A stretch of DNA of 64,000 nt from sequence record NC_100327.1; one strand, 5' to 3'. The notes under the pieces are model-generated. The model had not been told where the DNA came from. It saw only the letters and a program-made list of their open reading frames with translations, and ran no database searches. Made by a program: the position numbers and the translations under genes. This document shows, one piece after another, positions 20,912 to 30,628 of this stretch; positions within the stretch are counted from its first letter, which is position 1; each line of letters opens with the position of its first letter. The stretch is from a phage.

Positions 20912-21757
20912 TTATGCCAGTGCAGCCTCAAAATCTTTCATCATATTTTGGAAAGTTTTTGCCTTACTTAAGATAACACCGTGCTCTTTGGCGAAGGTTT
21001 GGAGTGCATCTTTTGAACCACTTTTGTCATCTTCGTTGTTAAGAGCTGCGGCCTGCTGCAGTATGGCATCAACATCACTGCGAGAAGATCTTGATTCTTG
21101 TGCCTGTTCAGGATCCTGCTCAGTGCCTCCCGGTGCAGCCGGATCTGGGGATTCTCCACCCCCACCACCTGGTTCAGTAGGACCTACAGGTGGCTCCGGC
21201 TCTGGTTCAGGCAGTGGAGCTACCGTAGAAACCAGCCCAAGATTTACAACCTGAGAACGTTTCTTAGGCCACTCGATGGTGAAAGTTTGGGTATCTTCTT
21301 CATAAACAATGTTGCATTGCTCATCGTTTATGGTCACTTTTTTAGGCATACCTTCAGGGTCCCACAGATGGCCCTCTGCCACGGAAACTTTGAAAGCAGC
21401 ATCTACCTCTTTAAACACTGACGGAGTGAGTGTAATATTGACATCCCCGCTTTGCAGTGTTAAAGTGCTTTCATCAAGGTTCTCTGTGAAGAACAGAAGA
21501 ATAACACCCATACGGATAGTTGAAATACCAGTATCAATTGGCAGGCCTGTGTGTTTTGCAATCTTCTCGAAGAAGTCTACAATCGTTCTACATGGATAGT
21601 GAACACTGCCGATAACGAATTCTGTTGGTGGCAGCAGGGCTGATAAACCAACATTGATTTCTGGATTATATTGTGCTAAAAATTGATAAAAACTTAACTG
21701 ATTGTTGAAAACTCTTAATAGAGGATCATACTCAACTGGGTAGACGGTTCGCTTCAC
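20912..21757 (-). CDS. hypothetical virion protein with Pro/Glu-rich linker
   Basis: 281-aa ORF directly downstream of the capsid gene; PEPEPEPPVGPTEPGGGGG low-complexity linker. Confidence 0.3.
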   Translation of the reverse strand: MKRTVYPVEYDPLLRVFNNQLSFYQFLAQYNPEINVGLSALLPPTEFVIGSVHYPCRTIVDFFEKIAKHTGLPIDTGISTIRMGVILLFFTENLDESTLTLQSGDVNITLTPSVFKEVDAAFKVSVAEGHLWDPEGMPKKVTINDEQCNIVYEEDTQTFTIEWPKKRSQVVNLGLVSTVAPLPEPEPEPPVGPTEPGGGGGESPDPAAPGGTEQDPEQAQESRSSRSDVDAILQQAAALNNEDDKSGSKDALQTFAKEHGVILSKAKTFQNMMKDFEAALA

Positions 21758-21780
21758 GGGACACTCCTGTTAAACCCTAA

Positions 21781-21815
21781 TAAATAAAAAAGGGGAGGGG
21801 GAGAACCCCCTCCCC
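21781..21815 (-). terminator. strong rho-independent terminator after the major capsid gene
   Basis: 10-bp GC stem (ggggaggggg agaa ccccctcccc) followed on the minus strand by UUUUUUAUUU. Confidence 0.65.
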
Positions 21816-21839
21816 ATATGGGATGAATCACCTCAGTGA

Positions 21840-22850
21840 TTATTCACCACCTTTCAGAGTTGCTTTAACAACCAGCTCTGGACGGGTGTTAACTGCCAGC
21901 ATGGAAGTTTCAGATTCAATCTTCTCTTCACGCAGGTATGCAGAGTGTTTATACCACATGTACAGTTCCTGTGCTGGAGTGTTTGCTTCGTTAACATCGT
22001 CTGCCGGAGCAAAGTGCAGCTGGAACATCTGATCAATACCCATCGGCAGAATGCGAGCTTCTTTCTTAGGAATATTGCCAGAGATATCTTCGATAAAGGT
22101 GATACCTTTATGCTCAAACACACGGTATACGCTGTCTTGACCGCCAGCACCCAGACGGCGACGCAGAGGTTCCTGAGCAGAGCCGTAATAGGTATATGCC
22201 AGTTCTACCAGCGGGTGATGGGTAATAGCACTGAAGAACTCTGGTGAGCACAGGGCTACAATACGATAGCCAGCTGCGTTATCGCCAGCTTGCAGCGCGA
22301 TGTGCAGACGAGCTTCTTCCAGAACCTCCATAGGATCCTGATCTGCTTTTGCAGGGTCAATCTCAACAGACTTCTGAGACACACCCCACAGAGTGTAGTA
22401 GTCATACTGACAGGTTGTGTCACCAGGTGCATAGGATTTACCCAGAATAGCCTGGAACAGCGCTTTCTCACGCAGTGCTTCATGAGAAACACGGATACGG
22501 CGAACAACGCGGGTTACTACATCCTGAACAGTTTTCGGAGCATCTGGAGTGAAGTAACGACGGAAGTTCTGAACATCTGCTGCGGTGATGCCTTTGTCCA
22601 GAGGGAAGAACGGGATGTTCAGGTTTTTAACCTGAGCACGTTCACTACCAACGTAGTTACGCTCACCACCACGACGGCGTGCCGGAATATCGGTTACAAC
22701 TTCATCAACACGCTCAATCTGAGCAATTGTTGAGGTGCCGAGACGGGTTTCGAACAGATCCATACCAGTAATCAGTCGGAATTGACGCGGAACAAGGTCC
22801 AGAGTAGCACCTAAATCAACAATGCCAAATTCATCTTTACGAGTAATCAT
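21840..22850 (-). CDS. major capsid protein
   Basis: 336 aa; position after portal, scaffold and decoration genes; followed by a strong terminator; size typical of HK97-fold coat proteins. Confidence 0.6.
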   Translation of the reverse strand: MITRKDEFGIVDLGATLDLVPRQFRLITGMDLFETRLGTSTIAQIERVDEVVTDIPARRRGGERNYVGSERAQVKNLNIPFFPLDKGITAADVQNFRRYFTPDAPKTVQDVVTRVVRRIRVSHEALREKALFQAILGKSYAPGDTTCQYDYYTLWGVSQKSVEIDPAKADQDPMEVLEEARLHIALQAGDNAAGYRIVALCSPEFFSAITHHPLVELAYTYYGSAQEPLRRRLGAGGQDSVYRVFEHKGITFIEDISGNIPKKEARILPMGIDQMFQLHFAPADDVNEANTPAQELYMWYKHSAYLREEKIESETSMLAVNTRPELVVKATLKGGE

Positions 22851-22898
22851 TTATTTCTCCAAAGTAAAACTTAAATATTTTCCCGAACAATTTAGGAC

Positions 22899-23288
22899 TT
22901 ACTCTTCACCAAGAGTCTGGACGTGAACTTTGTTACCCAGAGCTTCCAGCTTTTCAATAACAGCCTGCTTAGCTGCTTCACCGTTAGACCCCAGCAGCTT
23001 ATCTTTTGCAAAGGTAACACCGTGAACTGCAACAACCAGTTTATATTTCTGACCTGTTTGCAGAGGCTCAGCAAGATGAACTTTTCCTGCATCTTTTACC
23101 AAAGCTCGGTCTACAAGAACACCATAAACGTCTGAGCCATCATCGTTAGCGATAGTGCCAGTTTTTGTTACAACAGTACCAGCATGGTGGTGCTCTGTCA
23201 GTGTAATTTCCATCTCTTTAAAATTGTAGCCAGCATCGCTAGAATCAACTTTGCCGAGCACGATATCAGAATATTGAGCGGTAATCAT
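22899..23288 (-). CDS. head decoration protein-like
   Basis: 129-aa ORF immediately upstream of the capsid gene (lambda D-like position). Confidence 0.4.
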   Translation of the reverse strand: MITAQYSDIVLGKVDSSDAGYNFKEMEITLTEHHHAGTVVTKTGTIANDDGSDVYGVLVDRALVKDAGKVHLAEPLQTGQKYKLVVAVHGVTFAKDKLLGSNGEAAKQAVIEKLEALGNKVHVQTLGEE

Positions 23289-23308
23289 TTATTTCCCCCG
23301 TTAATGTC

Positions 23309-24286
23309 TTATTTGGTAGATTCTGCACGTGCACGAGCAAGTGCTTTTGCAACGTTTTCAGCAAGAATTTCTTCTGCGGATTTTGCAATATCATCCACAA
23401 CAGGTTCGCCATCATTACCATGTTCAGTGGTGGCAAACTCTTCTTTAGTTTTATGCACCTCTGCTTCCAGCTCTTCAATTTTTGCTTGAGCTTTCTCCAG
23501 CATAGCTACGATAGGTTCGTTAGCTTTTTCCAGCATGAAGTCAACCAGGGTTGCATGATCTTCTTCACCAACAAAGCTTAAAGCTTGAGCCTTAGTCAGC
23601 ATTTTAGCTTTTTCAACTTCAACCTGGGCCTTGATGATTTCTTCAGCTTTACTCTGGGTTGCTTTCAGCTCTTCTACTTGCTTCAGCAGATCCAGATACT
23701 CTTTAGTTTTGGTTACGTCCACCGGATTCTCCTCGGTATTTGCGGATTTTGCAACATCATCCACCTCGGTAGTTTTATCCACCTCAGCAGGTTCCTGTAC
23801 CGCCTTGATCAGGTTCCCTTCTTTATCGAAGAGATCAGCGGTTACTTGTTCAAAAATCTGTTGTGTTTTTAACAGGCTGTACTGATCTGCCACACTAAGC
23901 TGCTTGCCTTCTTTTGCAGCTTTATGAATGGTCACGTTATCACAACGCTCTTCCAGCCATGCAATACAAGACTCTGCGTCAGCTTGCGCCCATTCCCAAT
24001 CAGGATGCTCTTTAGCCCAAGCCTCCTCTTCAATCTCAAAACCAAGCATGTGTGCAAGTGCTTTAGCATCATCATACCACATATCGAAGAAACGACGCAG
24101 GTATTCTTCAAAACTAAGCTCCACAGTAACTTGGCGAAGTGCCTTAACAATATCGTCTGTTAACTGCTCAGGCTTAAGATCACTCTTCATCAAAAGAGAT
24201 ACAGGTCTGTTGTTAGCGCTATAGCCTTGCGCCTTATGGCACAGGGCAATCCCCTTCTCTTTAATAGTAATCGTTTTTTCAGACAT
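23309..24286 (-). CDS. scaffolding protein
   Basis: 325 aa, highly charged with helical repeats (EELKATQSKAEEIIKAQVEVEKAK), between portal/protease and capsid. Confidence 0.45.
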   Translation of the reverse strand: MSEKTITIKEKGIALCHKAQGYSANNRPVSLLMKSDLKPEQLTDDIVKALRQVTVELSFEEYLRRFFDMWYDDAKALAHMLGFEIEEEAWAKEHPDWEWAQADAESCIAWLEERCDNVTIHKAAKEGKQLSVADQYSLLKTQQIFEQVTADLFDKEGNLIKAVQEPAEVDKTTEVDDVAKSANTEENPVDVTKTKEYLDLLKQVEELKATQSKAEEIIKAQVEVEKAKMLTKAQALSFVGEEDHATLVDFMLEKANEPIVAMLEKAQAKIEELEAEVHKTKEEFATTEHGNDGEPVVDDIAKSAEEILAENVAKALARARAESTK

Positions 24287-24861
24287 TATTCATTGCCCTC
24301 TTCTACAACACTGATCCCGAAGTTTACGTTGGTAATTTCACCAGTTTCTTCATCAACATTACCTGTTGCCTGAATGCTTAGGCCACCAACAATGCCAGCC
24401 TTCTTAGCTTCCCATAATTCAGGATTATTGTATTTAACTTTAGCAACCCAAGAGCCAGCCTTGATGACCTGCTCAGTGCCAATTACTACAACATCAAACT
24501 CTTCTTGAATCCACGTCTTTTCAATAGTGAAAGCATCTGTAGAGGTCAAGTGAAAAAGGTTTTCAGAAACTAGGCCTGCGGCGTATGCTGCGTCCCAGTT
24601 ATCTTTAGCCTTTTTGATGGTGTCTTTACTCATCCACTCACCGTGAGCATCTTTAGTGTCAGGTTCGTAGATGATTTCGTAGGAAATCATTTCTTCCTGT
24701 GGCATCTTATTCCCCATGTGGATTATTTTATCACGCCAAAGGAGGTTTTGCAACCCCCTGTGTTGATAATTTTTAATTTTCCATGTTGGATATGGAATTA
24801 TCTCTGGTTGATGATATTTTAGAAGTGCCGTTTCCAGTGGATCCTGCAGCCATTCCATCAC
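24286..24861 (-). CDS. putative prohead protease (XkdF-like); true start probably internal (~24690-24717)
   Basis: ORF directly downstream of the portal gene; the track start overlaps the portal ORF by ~90 nt, so an internal Met is more likely. Confidence 0.35.
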   Translation of the reverse strand: MMEWLQDPLETALLKYHQPEIIPYPTWKIKNYQHRGLQNLLWRDKIIHMGNKMPQEEMISYEIIYEPDTKDAHGEWMSKDTIKKAKDNWDAAYAAGLVSENLFHLTSTDAFTIEKTWIQEEFDVVVIGTEQVIKAGSWVAKVKYNNPELWEAKKAGIVGGLSIQATGNVDEETGEITNVNFGISVVEEGNE

Positions 24862-26329
24862 CAGCCCTACTGATGTCCTGGCCCAAGAGCTTCATCAGCT
24901 CTTCCTGATCCATGTCCTCGTCAAATCTTTCATCAAACCCGCCTACTTCAAGAATCTTATTAATTACTGCAGGAGTTTTTGGCAAGTAACCTACAGCACC
25001 GATCCTCTGGACAAACTTGGAGAAGCTCTCCATGTCCACTTCTTCGATCAGACCAGGTTTCAGTTTAGGCATATCATCATCTTCAAGGATGATACCATTC
25101 AATGCCAGAAGCTGTGGGATAAGATCTTTATTGAAGGCCTCAGTGATAATATCTATATCACGCTGAACAAAATGACCATGGATAGACTGTTTTGACTCAG
25201 ACAGAGAGAAAGATCCGACGTTATCGTTACCGAGGTTAATAAAGCCAGCACCGAAACGGTCAAGAATCGCCTTCTTACGGGCATCAATCAAATCTTTAGT
25301 GGAATACTGCTTACCCATACCGTCAACCCCCTTCAGGGTCATGGAGTAAAGCTCTTTACCAGACTTATCTCTATCAGACGGAAGTATAAAGAAACTTTGC
25401 TCACCACTATGGGCGTTTGCTGCGTCAAGCATAAGGTCTGCAACCATTCTCCCTTCCATTGAATTCGGGTCAATGCTGGCCTTGTTCAAAATATTGGAAG
25501 GAATTTTCAGCTCAAGCACACCACCAAGGTCTTTGGAACAGCCAACAACCTCAAGGTTTTCAATCAGAACTTTCTCACGGAAAGATCTGTAGCAACCTAT
25601 CATTGGCGACACACCTGCAGGGTTAGATTCTGTTCCTGACAGAGTCATGAGCATAAGCTTTTTAGCAGGGATGAAAATTTCAGGCTCATTAAAGCCTTTT
25701 GAAGGCATTGCAGCAAGAGGTCCAGCCCAGCGTGCATTCTGAGTGTTTAGAAATGCATTAGGTGACTGATAAATACCTGTCAGTGTTCTACTATTCTTGT
25801 CAAAGACAAACGGCTCTGATCTGGACAAACTGGCCTGAGGTCGGAATGCAATTTTATCAATAAGAAGCATCCCGGCATATTTACCTTCTTTCTCTCTGCG
25901 GTATACTTTCTCAAACAGTGAAAAACCATACTCGTTAAAGGTAGCTGCGCTTCTTGCAATATCTCGAAGAGTTTGTTGGTTTGCCAAATTACGCAAAGAA
26001 TACTCTATAAGCTCGGCAGCTTTCTTAGAGTCTTCACTTTTAACATTATAAAGGATCTTAAAATCATTGAATGCTTTCGTGATGAAAACATACTTTGTAT
26101 CTAAGGCAGTAGCAACTGTGGAATCACATTTCATAGTCTCCACTGTAGCAATCAGCTGAGGCCAACGCAATTCCTCAACCATCATAGATTGCGATTCTGC
26201 CATAATTTGGGAAAGTGCGCCAGAACCGATCTCACTCATACGAACATTATGAGTTGGTGCGCCTGCGTTCCCAGATTTATTCACAGTTTTGGCTGTGGCG
26301 TTGTGTTTCCTGCGGTTCTTTTTGGACAC
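24773..26329 (-). CDS. portal protein
   Basis: 518 aa, immediately downstream of the terminase large subunit; size and position typical. Confidence 0.7.
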   Translation of the reverse strand: MSKKNRRKHNATAKTVNKSGNAGAPTHNVRMSEIGSGALSQIMAESQSMMVEELRWPQLIATVETMKCDSTVATALDTKYVFITKAFNDFKILYNVKSEDSKKAAELIEYSLRNLANQQTLRDIARSAATFNEYGFSLFEKVYRREKEGKYAGMLLIDKIAFRPQASLSRSEPFVFDKNSRTLTGIYQSPNAFLNTQNARWAGPLAAMPSKGFNEPEIFIPAKKLMLMTLSGTESNPAGVSPMIGCYRSFREKVLIENLEVVGCSKDLGGVLELKIPSNILNKASIDPNSMEGRMVADLMLDAANAHSGEQSFFILPSDRDKSGKELYSMTLKGVDGMGKQYSTKDLIDARKKAILDRFGAGFINLGNDNVGSFSLSESKQSIHGHFVQRDIDIITEAFNKDLIPQLLALNGIILEDDDMPKLKPGLIEEVDMESFSKFVQRIGAVGYLPKTPAVINKILEVGGFDERFDEDMDQEELMKLLGQDISRAGDGMAAGSTGNGTSKISSTRDNSISNMEN

Positions 26330-26431
26330 AAGCTTTACCCCTCAAAACAGTATAACAAAATAGCCCTCGTGTTAGAGGGCTAGTATCTCCGATTACTCTA
26401 TTCTACCACATCTAATTAAGATTGGCAACAC

Positions 26432-27217
26432 TTAGATAAAACGCTTGAACATAGAAGGTGATGAGATTGATGGAATCACACAAGGAAGTGCTACCTCCTC
26501 TTTCTCCAGGAAATTAATCGCAGAAGCTACACAGTCAGCCCAGTCGTCTTTTCTGTTAAATGTTGATCTTTCCCCGTTGAATTTTTCAAGTTCGGTCAGA
26601 AATGCTTCCAGAGTATCAGGATGGAAACTGGATTTTACAATCCTTACCATTCCTTGTTGGGCAAGATTGGCAAAAGGTGAGAACCTTGTCAGTTTAGACT
26701 TGTTGGAAGGCATTGGGTCTTCTTCAACCCTAAACCCTTCGGCGAGCAAGGATCTGGAGGAGGTTAAGAACTCACTCTTACCTGCCTGACCGGGGTCCAC
26801 AGAGAATACGATTATACAATCATCACCATCAAACTGCGCCTGTTTCCTGATGATCACATCTCGTTCACCAGCCTTTTTACAGAACTTGCCTTCCAGACCT
26901 GTGGAATACCTCCCGTCATCCACGTTCTCAGGACAATAATCACCGGACAGGTAATAAAAGCCGTCGCTATCTTTACTTACCTTAACACTGGCGGTAAAGT
27001 CAGGAAATTTATTACCGGAAGTTCTCTCGGTTCCTGCCTTATCCCATGCCCTGCAAGATACTGACCCAAGAGGTACTCTATCGGCATCACGAAGGAAAGA
27101 TCTTTGAAAATAGTTTGCACCCTCAGGCTTTGCAAACCAGTTACCATGGAGAAGCTGAGCTTTTTCCAGCTCTGGTAGACCTTCGAGGAAAGCAAGGTAT
27201 TCTGGGTTGTCTCTCAA
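26432..27217 (-). CDS. terminase large subunit, exon 3 (nuclease domain)
   Basis: Contains the RNase-H-like nuclease region (IIVFSVDPGQAGKSEF); the track start is TTG, so the real exon boundary lies upstream and is set by splicing. Confidence 0.75.
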   Translation of the reverse strand: MRDNPEYLAFLEGLPELEKAQLLHGNWFAKPEGANYFQRSFLRDADRVPLGSVSCRAWDKAGTERTSGNKFPDFTASVKVSKDSDGFYYLSGDYCPENVDDGRYSTGLEGKFCKKAGERDVIIRKQAQFDGDDCIIVFSVDPGQAGKSEFLTSSRSLLAEGFRVEEDPMPSNKSKLTRFSPFANLAQQGMVRIVKSSFHPDTLEAFLTELEKFNGERSTFNRKDDWADCVASAINFLEKEEVALPCVIPSISSPSMFKRFI

Positions 27218-28208
27218 ACAGACAGGATTATCGAATCCTTATATTCAAAGGTGGTCGCAACACCACCCTCCGCACCATTACGTGCTGCTGCATGTTACCA
27301 TGCAGAGTAGACTATATCACCACCCATCTCAGGGTGCTTCGCTTTTCGAGCGCCATAAGCTTGCGCCCTACTCCCTCTCGGGATAGTCGTTGAACTACAT
27401 TACCAATCGTAATTGTTTGAAATATAGGTGTAAGTCTTACGGTCTTTTATTCCTTTAACAACACTAAAACTTACTCCCCACTTCTTAGCTATTTTATTTA
27501 CACACAAAACCCTATCACTAAGATCCTCGCAGATACCTATTATCTTGTGCTCACTTATCCTATTAGAGGTTGGCACTTTTCTAAAGTTAAACTCTTTAGA
27601 AATATCTGGGTATACTGAGCCATTCTTTATACCACTTACAAGTGGTTGATTGACACCAAACATTTCACAAATGTCTTTTACCCTTGCACCTTGCTCTAAC
27701 AGCCTACATATTTCAAGAGCAGTGGCATCATCTAGGGACCTGTATTTATTGACATAGTCCTTTTTAAGTCCCATTTCATGAGCGTGATGTGTGTTTTCCT
27801 CAGGCGTTGTCCACTCAAGGTTCCATGCGGCGTTATTCAACTTATTACCATCCAGGTGGTTTACTTGAGTTTTCACGCTGGGATTATCATTATCAACAAA
27901 AGTCATAGCGATAACTCTATGGACTAGCACTTGGAACTTTTTCCCGCCCTCGCACAAAGTGACCATAGCATAGCCAGTCTTTTTCTGCACATTAGGATGG
28001 AGGAATTTATTAGAATACAGACTGTAAATTCTGCCATCGTATGTAGCACAATAATGATTGTAGCCTAAAAAGCCTAAATTTCTCATTTCAAACATCTCCC
28101 TACTACAGGTTCGGAAGGGTAATTATAGCTGCTGATTGTCCGTTTAGCAATCGGATTTTCCAGCAATTAACGAAGTTATTCGACGTGCATTTCTGCACGA
28201 AGCCACTA
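27218..28208 (-). mobile_element. group I intron (second intron in the terminase gene) carrying an HNH endonuclease ORF; boundaries approximate
   Basis: On the minus strand, in 5'-3' order: P-like AATTGCTGGAAA (28157-28168), Q-like CAATCAGCAGC (28128-28138), the ORF, R GTTCAACGACTATCC (27381-27395), S GATATAGTCTAC (27307-27318). Confidence 0.65.
27400..28095 (-). CDS. HNH homing endonuclease (intron-encoded)
   Basis: 231 aa; His/Asn-rich catalytic region (NHLDGNKLNNAAWNLEW) plus a C-terminal DNA-binding-like region; lies inside the intervening sequence. Confidence 0.75.
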   Translation of the reverse strand: MFEMRNLGFLGYNHYCATYDGRIYSLYSNKFLHPNVQKKTGYAMVTLCEGGKKFQVLVHRVIAMTFVDNDNPSVKTQVNHLDGNKLNNAAWNLEWTTPEENTHHAHEMGLKKDYVNKYRSLDDATALEICRLLEQGARVKDICEMFGVNQPLVSGIKNGSVYPDISKEFNFRKVPTSNRISEHKIIGICEDLSDRVLCVNKIAKKWGVSFSVVKGIKDRKTYTYISNNYDW

Positions 28209-28499
28209 TCATTTAATGGTTGCGCCTATAAACGAGAATGACAACGGTCTTGGCTTGATCTCCACACCCAGTCCGTTAACCGTGGTGTATTTCTCTATCA
28301 ACTCTTCTTTAGAGTCTCCCCAGATAAATTCACCGTCGCGTCGGATAAAATATCTTTTCTTACCGCATTTCTCCGGATCTGGATACCCTTCATCGTCCAA
28401 CCACCATCTAACCAGTTTGGCAAGCATGTGTTCTGAATCGGGGTTACAGCTGATAACCATTCTTGATGGATACTTTGACTGAGATCGCAGACGAGACAT
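28209..28499 (-). CDS. terminase large subunit, exon 2 (ATPase C-terminal segment)
   Basis: Contains RMVISCNPDSEHML, resembling the conserved ATPase coupling motif of large terminases; reading frame is interrupted on both sides. Confidence 0.7.
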   Translation of the reverse strand: MSRLRSQSKYPSRMVISCNPDSEHMLAKLVRWWLDDEGYPDPEKCGKKRYFIRRDGEFIWGDSKEELIEKYTTVNGLGVEIKPRPLSFSFIGATIK

Positions 28500-29412
28500 C
28501 AGGTAGTCTATCTGCTCCCATTCGAACTGTGTCGTTTATGTTCGGGCAAGGTCGCTAGTCTTGCCCCGCCATTTTCAGGCAGCTGCATGTCTCCATGCAG
28601 ACCAGACTATATCTTATGAATGTGCAAATACTCTGCCGCTCTAAGAATAGTTTCCTCATCCTCTTGGAAGAAACCTAAAGCTCTGTTGCATTTATCACAA
28701 AGCAACCCTCTTACAGCACCAGTTTTATGGTCATGATCAACACAAAAGAAATCTCTGTACCCTTGCGTCCTATACTCATCAAGAGATATTCTACAAATGG
28801 CACACTTATGATCTTGATCTGAGAGTAGACGATAGTATTCATCTTTTGTTATGTGAAATTTCTTCTCAATCTGATAAAACTTTTCACACATCTTACACCT
28901 GTTCGTAACCAGATATACTTTACCATAGTCACGTTTTGTGTAAAAACTATCAGCGAGCATACTTTCATGACAAGATTTGCATTCAAAAAGTTCACCTTTC
29001 TTCAGCAAGTCTTGAATAAATAATGCTGCGTCATCTCTCTTAACCATATTTTTGTTTCTACGAGATCCACCATTCCTGTAGTACATATAGCATTCCTTGC
29101 ATGTACCTGAGTATCCATCCTTGCTCTTAGATGATAAAAAGAAATCATCAATAGGTAGAACTCTTTGGCAATCCATACATTTTTTAGTATTACACATTCA
29201 CCCTCCCGTTTCGAATCGCTTGATTCTACGTCTTTCGACTAGTCGTTGAACGTTCATCCTCTCGGATGCTTCGCTGCGGATTATCTAAATTAACACACTG
29301 TTACCATACCTTCGATCTCTCTTCGAAGCCTCTATCATGTTACCATGACAGGTTGGTGGTGTCAATAATAAAGATTTCCCCGCAATTAGGGAGGTTTTAC
29401 GAGAGCTACAAA
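28500..29412 (-). mobile_element. group I intron (first intron in the terminase gene) carrying an Endo VII-type HNH endonuclease ORF; boundaries approximate
   Basis: Minus strand: P AATTGCGGGGAAA (29375-29387), Q AATCCGCAGCG (29272-29282), R GTTCAACGACTAGTC (29237-29251), the ORF, S AAGATATAGTCTGG (28602-28613) overlapping the ORF stop codon. Confidence 0.7.
28607..29197 (-). CDS. HNH / endonuclease VII-like homing endonuclease (intron-encoded)
   Basis: 196 aa, Cys-rich; DHDHKTGAVRGLLCDKCN matches the T4 endonuclease VII / HNH core as I recall it. Confidence 0.75.
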   Translation of the reverse strand: MCNTKKCMDCQRVLPIDDFFLSSKSKDGYSGTCKECYMYYRNGGSRRNKNMVKRDDAALFIQDLLKKGELFECKSCHESMLADSFYTKRDYGKVYLVTNRCKMCEKFYQIEKKFHITKDEYYRLLSDQDHKCAICRISLDEYRTQGYRDFFCVDHDHKTGAVRGLLCDKCNRALGFFQEDEETILRAAEYLHIHKI

Positions 29413-29841
29413 TTAACCCTCATCGAAGCAAACCATGGTGTACTCAAGCCCCTGATGGTTAAGCTTATCTTGTACATACTCCATATGGCAGTATTTTACA
29501 ACAGCTCCCTTTTTGCTTCTATCCCACTTACCAGTGTTCGGATCAAACCGTGGAAAAATGAACTTATGATCCTTCTCTCTGAACTTTGGCTTAATGTTTT
29601 CAGGCAGATCACTATAAATAGCTACTGCTTTAGGCCATAGTCCACCCTCACCTTCCAACTGTGGGGTTGTTCTTCGGAACATAACCACAGAGCTGTGGGG
29701 GTCATCAATAATTTTAAGTGGCATCAACTGCAAGAGGAACGACTTGCCAGACCCTGCGGCACCGCCGATTACCAAAATATCTGCATCGTTTTCTAGGATC
29801 ATCTTCTGCTTTTCAGAACACGGTCCGTAAATCTTAGACAT
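29413..29841 (-). CDS. terminase large subunit, exon 1 (ATPase N-terminal segment)
   Basis: ATG with AAGGAGAG RBS; Walker A (GGAAGSGKS) and Walker B (MVCFDE); frame ends in a stop just after the Walker B motif, where the intron begins. Confidence 0.85.
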   Translation of the reverse strand: MSKIYGPCSEKQKMILENDADILVIGGAAGSGKSFLLQLMPLKIIDDPHSSVVMFRRTTPQLEGEGGLWPKAVAIYSDLPENIKPKFREKDHKFIFPRFDPNTGKWDRSKKGAVVKYCHMEYVQDKLNHQGLEYTMVCFDEG

Positions 29842-30128
29842 TAACCTCTCTCCTTTGGAAACAGTGTTCTAATATAGTCTTGCAAAATGATCAATTTAGC
29901 TCTATCATTGCTACAAGACAGATTATTATCCCTCATAATGCCAGAATTCACTGCATCTGGCGCACCTTTCTTCAAAGGCATAGCTTTAGCAGGTGGTTTC
30001 ATGGCACCTTCCGGGGGTTTAACAATCAACCTTCCTACATCCGGAGGGTCAATCTTGTATTCTCTCTCAACGCTGGTTGCACACCCACATAATAACAAGC
30101 ACACAATAAACAGTGTAGCAACTCTCAT
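29841..30128 (-). CDS. o-spanin (Rz1-like outer-membrane lipoprotein) candidate
   Basis: 95 aa; signal-like N-terminus with LLLCGC Cys motif; Pro-rich (PPDVGRLIVKPPEGAMKPPAKAMP); 4-nt overlap with the upstream gene. Confidence 0.5.
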   Translation of the reverse strand: MRVATLFIVCLLLCGCATSVEREYKIDPPDVGRLIVKPPEGAMKPPAKAMPLKKGAPDAVNSGIMRDNNLSCSNDRAKLIILQDYIRTLFPKERG

Positions 30129-30523
30129 CTACCCTCCTGATTAATACTCTCATTATAAATATCTATAAGCTGATCAGGGAGTGTTGACTTCTTACCCTCA
30201 GGTGACTGGAGGTAAATAATCTGCTTTTCTTTACCTGCCTTCTCAGCCATATTTAATTTATCCTGTAGATCAGAAAGGGATTTTTCAAGGTTTTTAACCT
30301 CCTCTGCGTGGCCCATTTTAATTTTGTCGGCCTGCTTTTGTTGCTGATCAAGGATCCGTTCCCACTTTAACTCTGTTGCTGACACACCTTCTTGGTAGGC
30401 ATCATTAAGCTTAGAGTTAAACCAATACACGGCCCCAAGATAAGCTGTACCTATCGCAGCTGCAAAAACTAAACCTTTTATGATCCCTCTATACCTGCTC
30501 AGCCATGTTAAAACTGAAATCAT
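30125..30523 (-). CDS. i-spanin (Rz-like) candidate
   Basis: 132 aa; N-terminal transmembrane segment (GLVFAAAIGTAYLGAVYWF) followed by a charged coiled-coil region; overlaps the o-spanin candidate. Confidence 0.55.
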   Translation of the reverse strand: MISVLTWLSRYRGIIKGLVFAAAIGTAYLGAVYWFNSKLNDAYQEGVSATELKWERILDQQQKQADKIKMGHAEEVKNLEKSLSDLQDKLNMAEKAGKEKQIIYLQSPEGKKSTLPDQLIDIYNESINQEGR

Positions 30524-30540
30524 TTTAAGGCTCCAGAAAC

Positions 30541-30572
30541 GAAAAAACCCCGCAGCTATACAGCTAACGGGG
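30541..30572 (-). terminator. rho-independent terminator candidate
   Basis: ccccg...cgggg stem enclosing a palindromic loop, followed on the minus strand by UUUUUU. Confidence 0.4.
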
Positions 30573-30628
30573 CGGGTTAAAATTGAGTAACCTAAATAGA
30601 TCGAAACTAACTAAAAGGAGACTAATAC

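Noticed and set aside
26432-29841. Intein interpretation of the terminase interruptions.
   Set aside because: Each interruption ends the host frame with stop codons and has a separately initiated endonuclease ORF plus group I P/Q/R/S elements; inteins would be in-frame fusions without stops.
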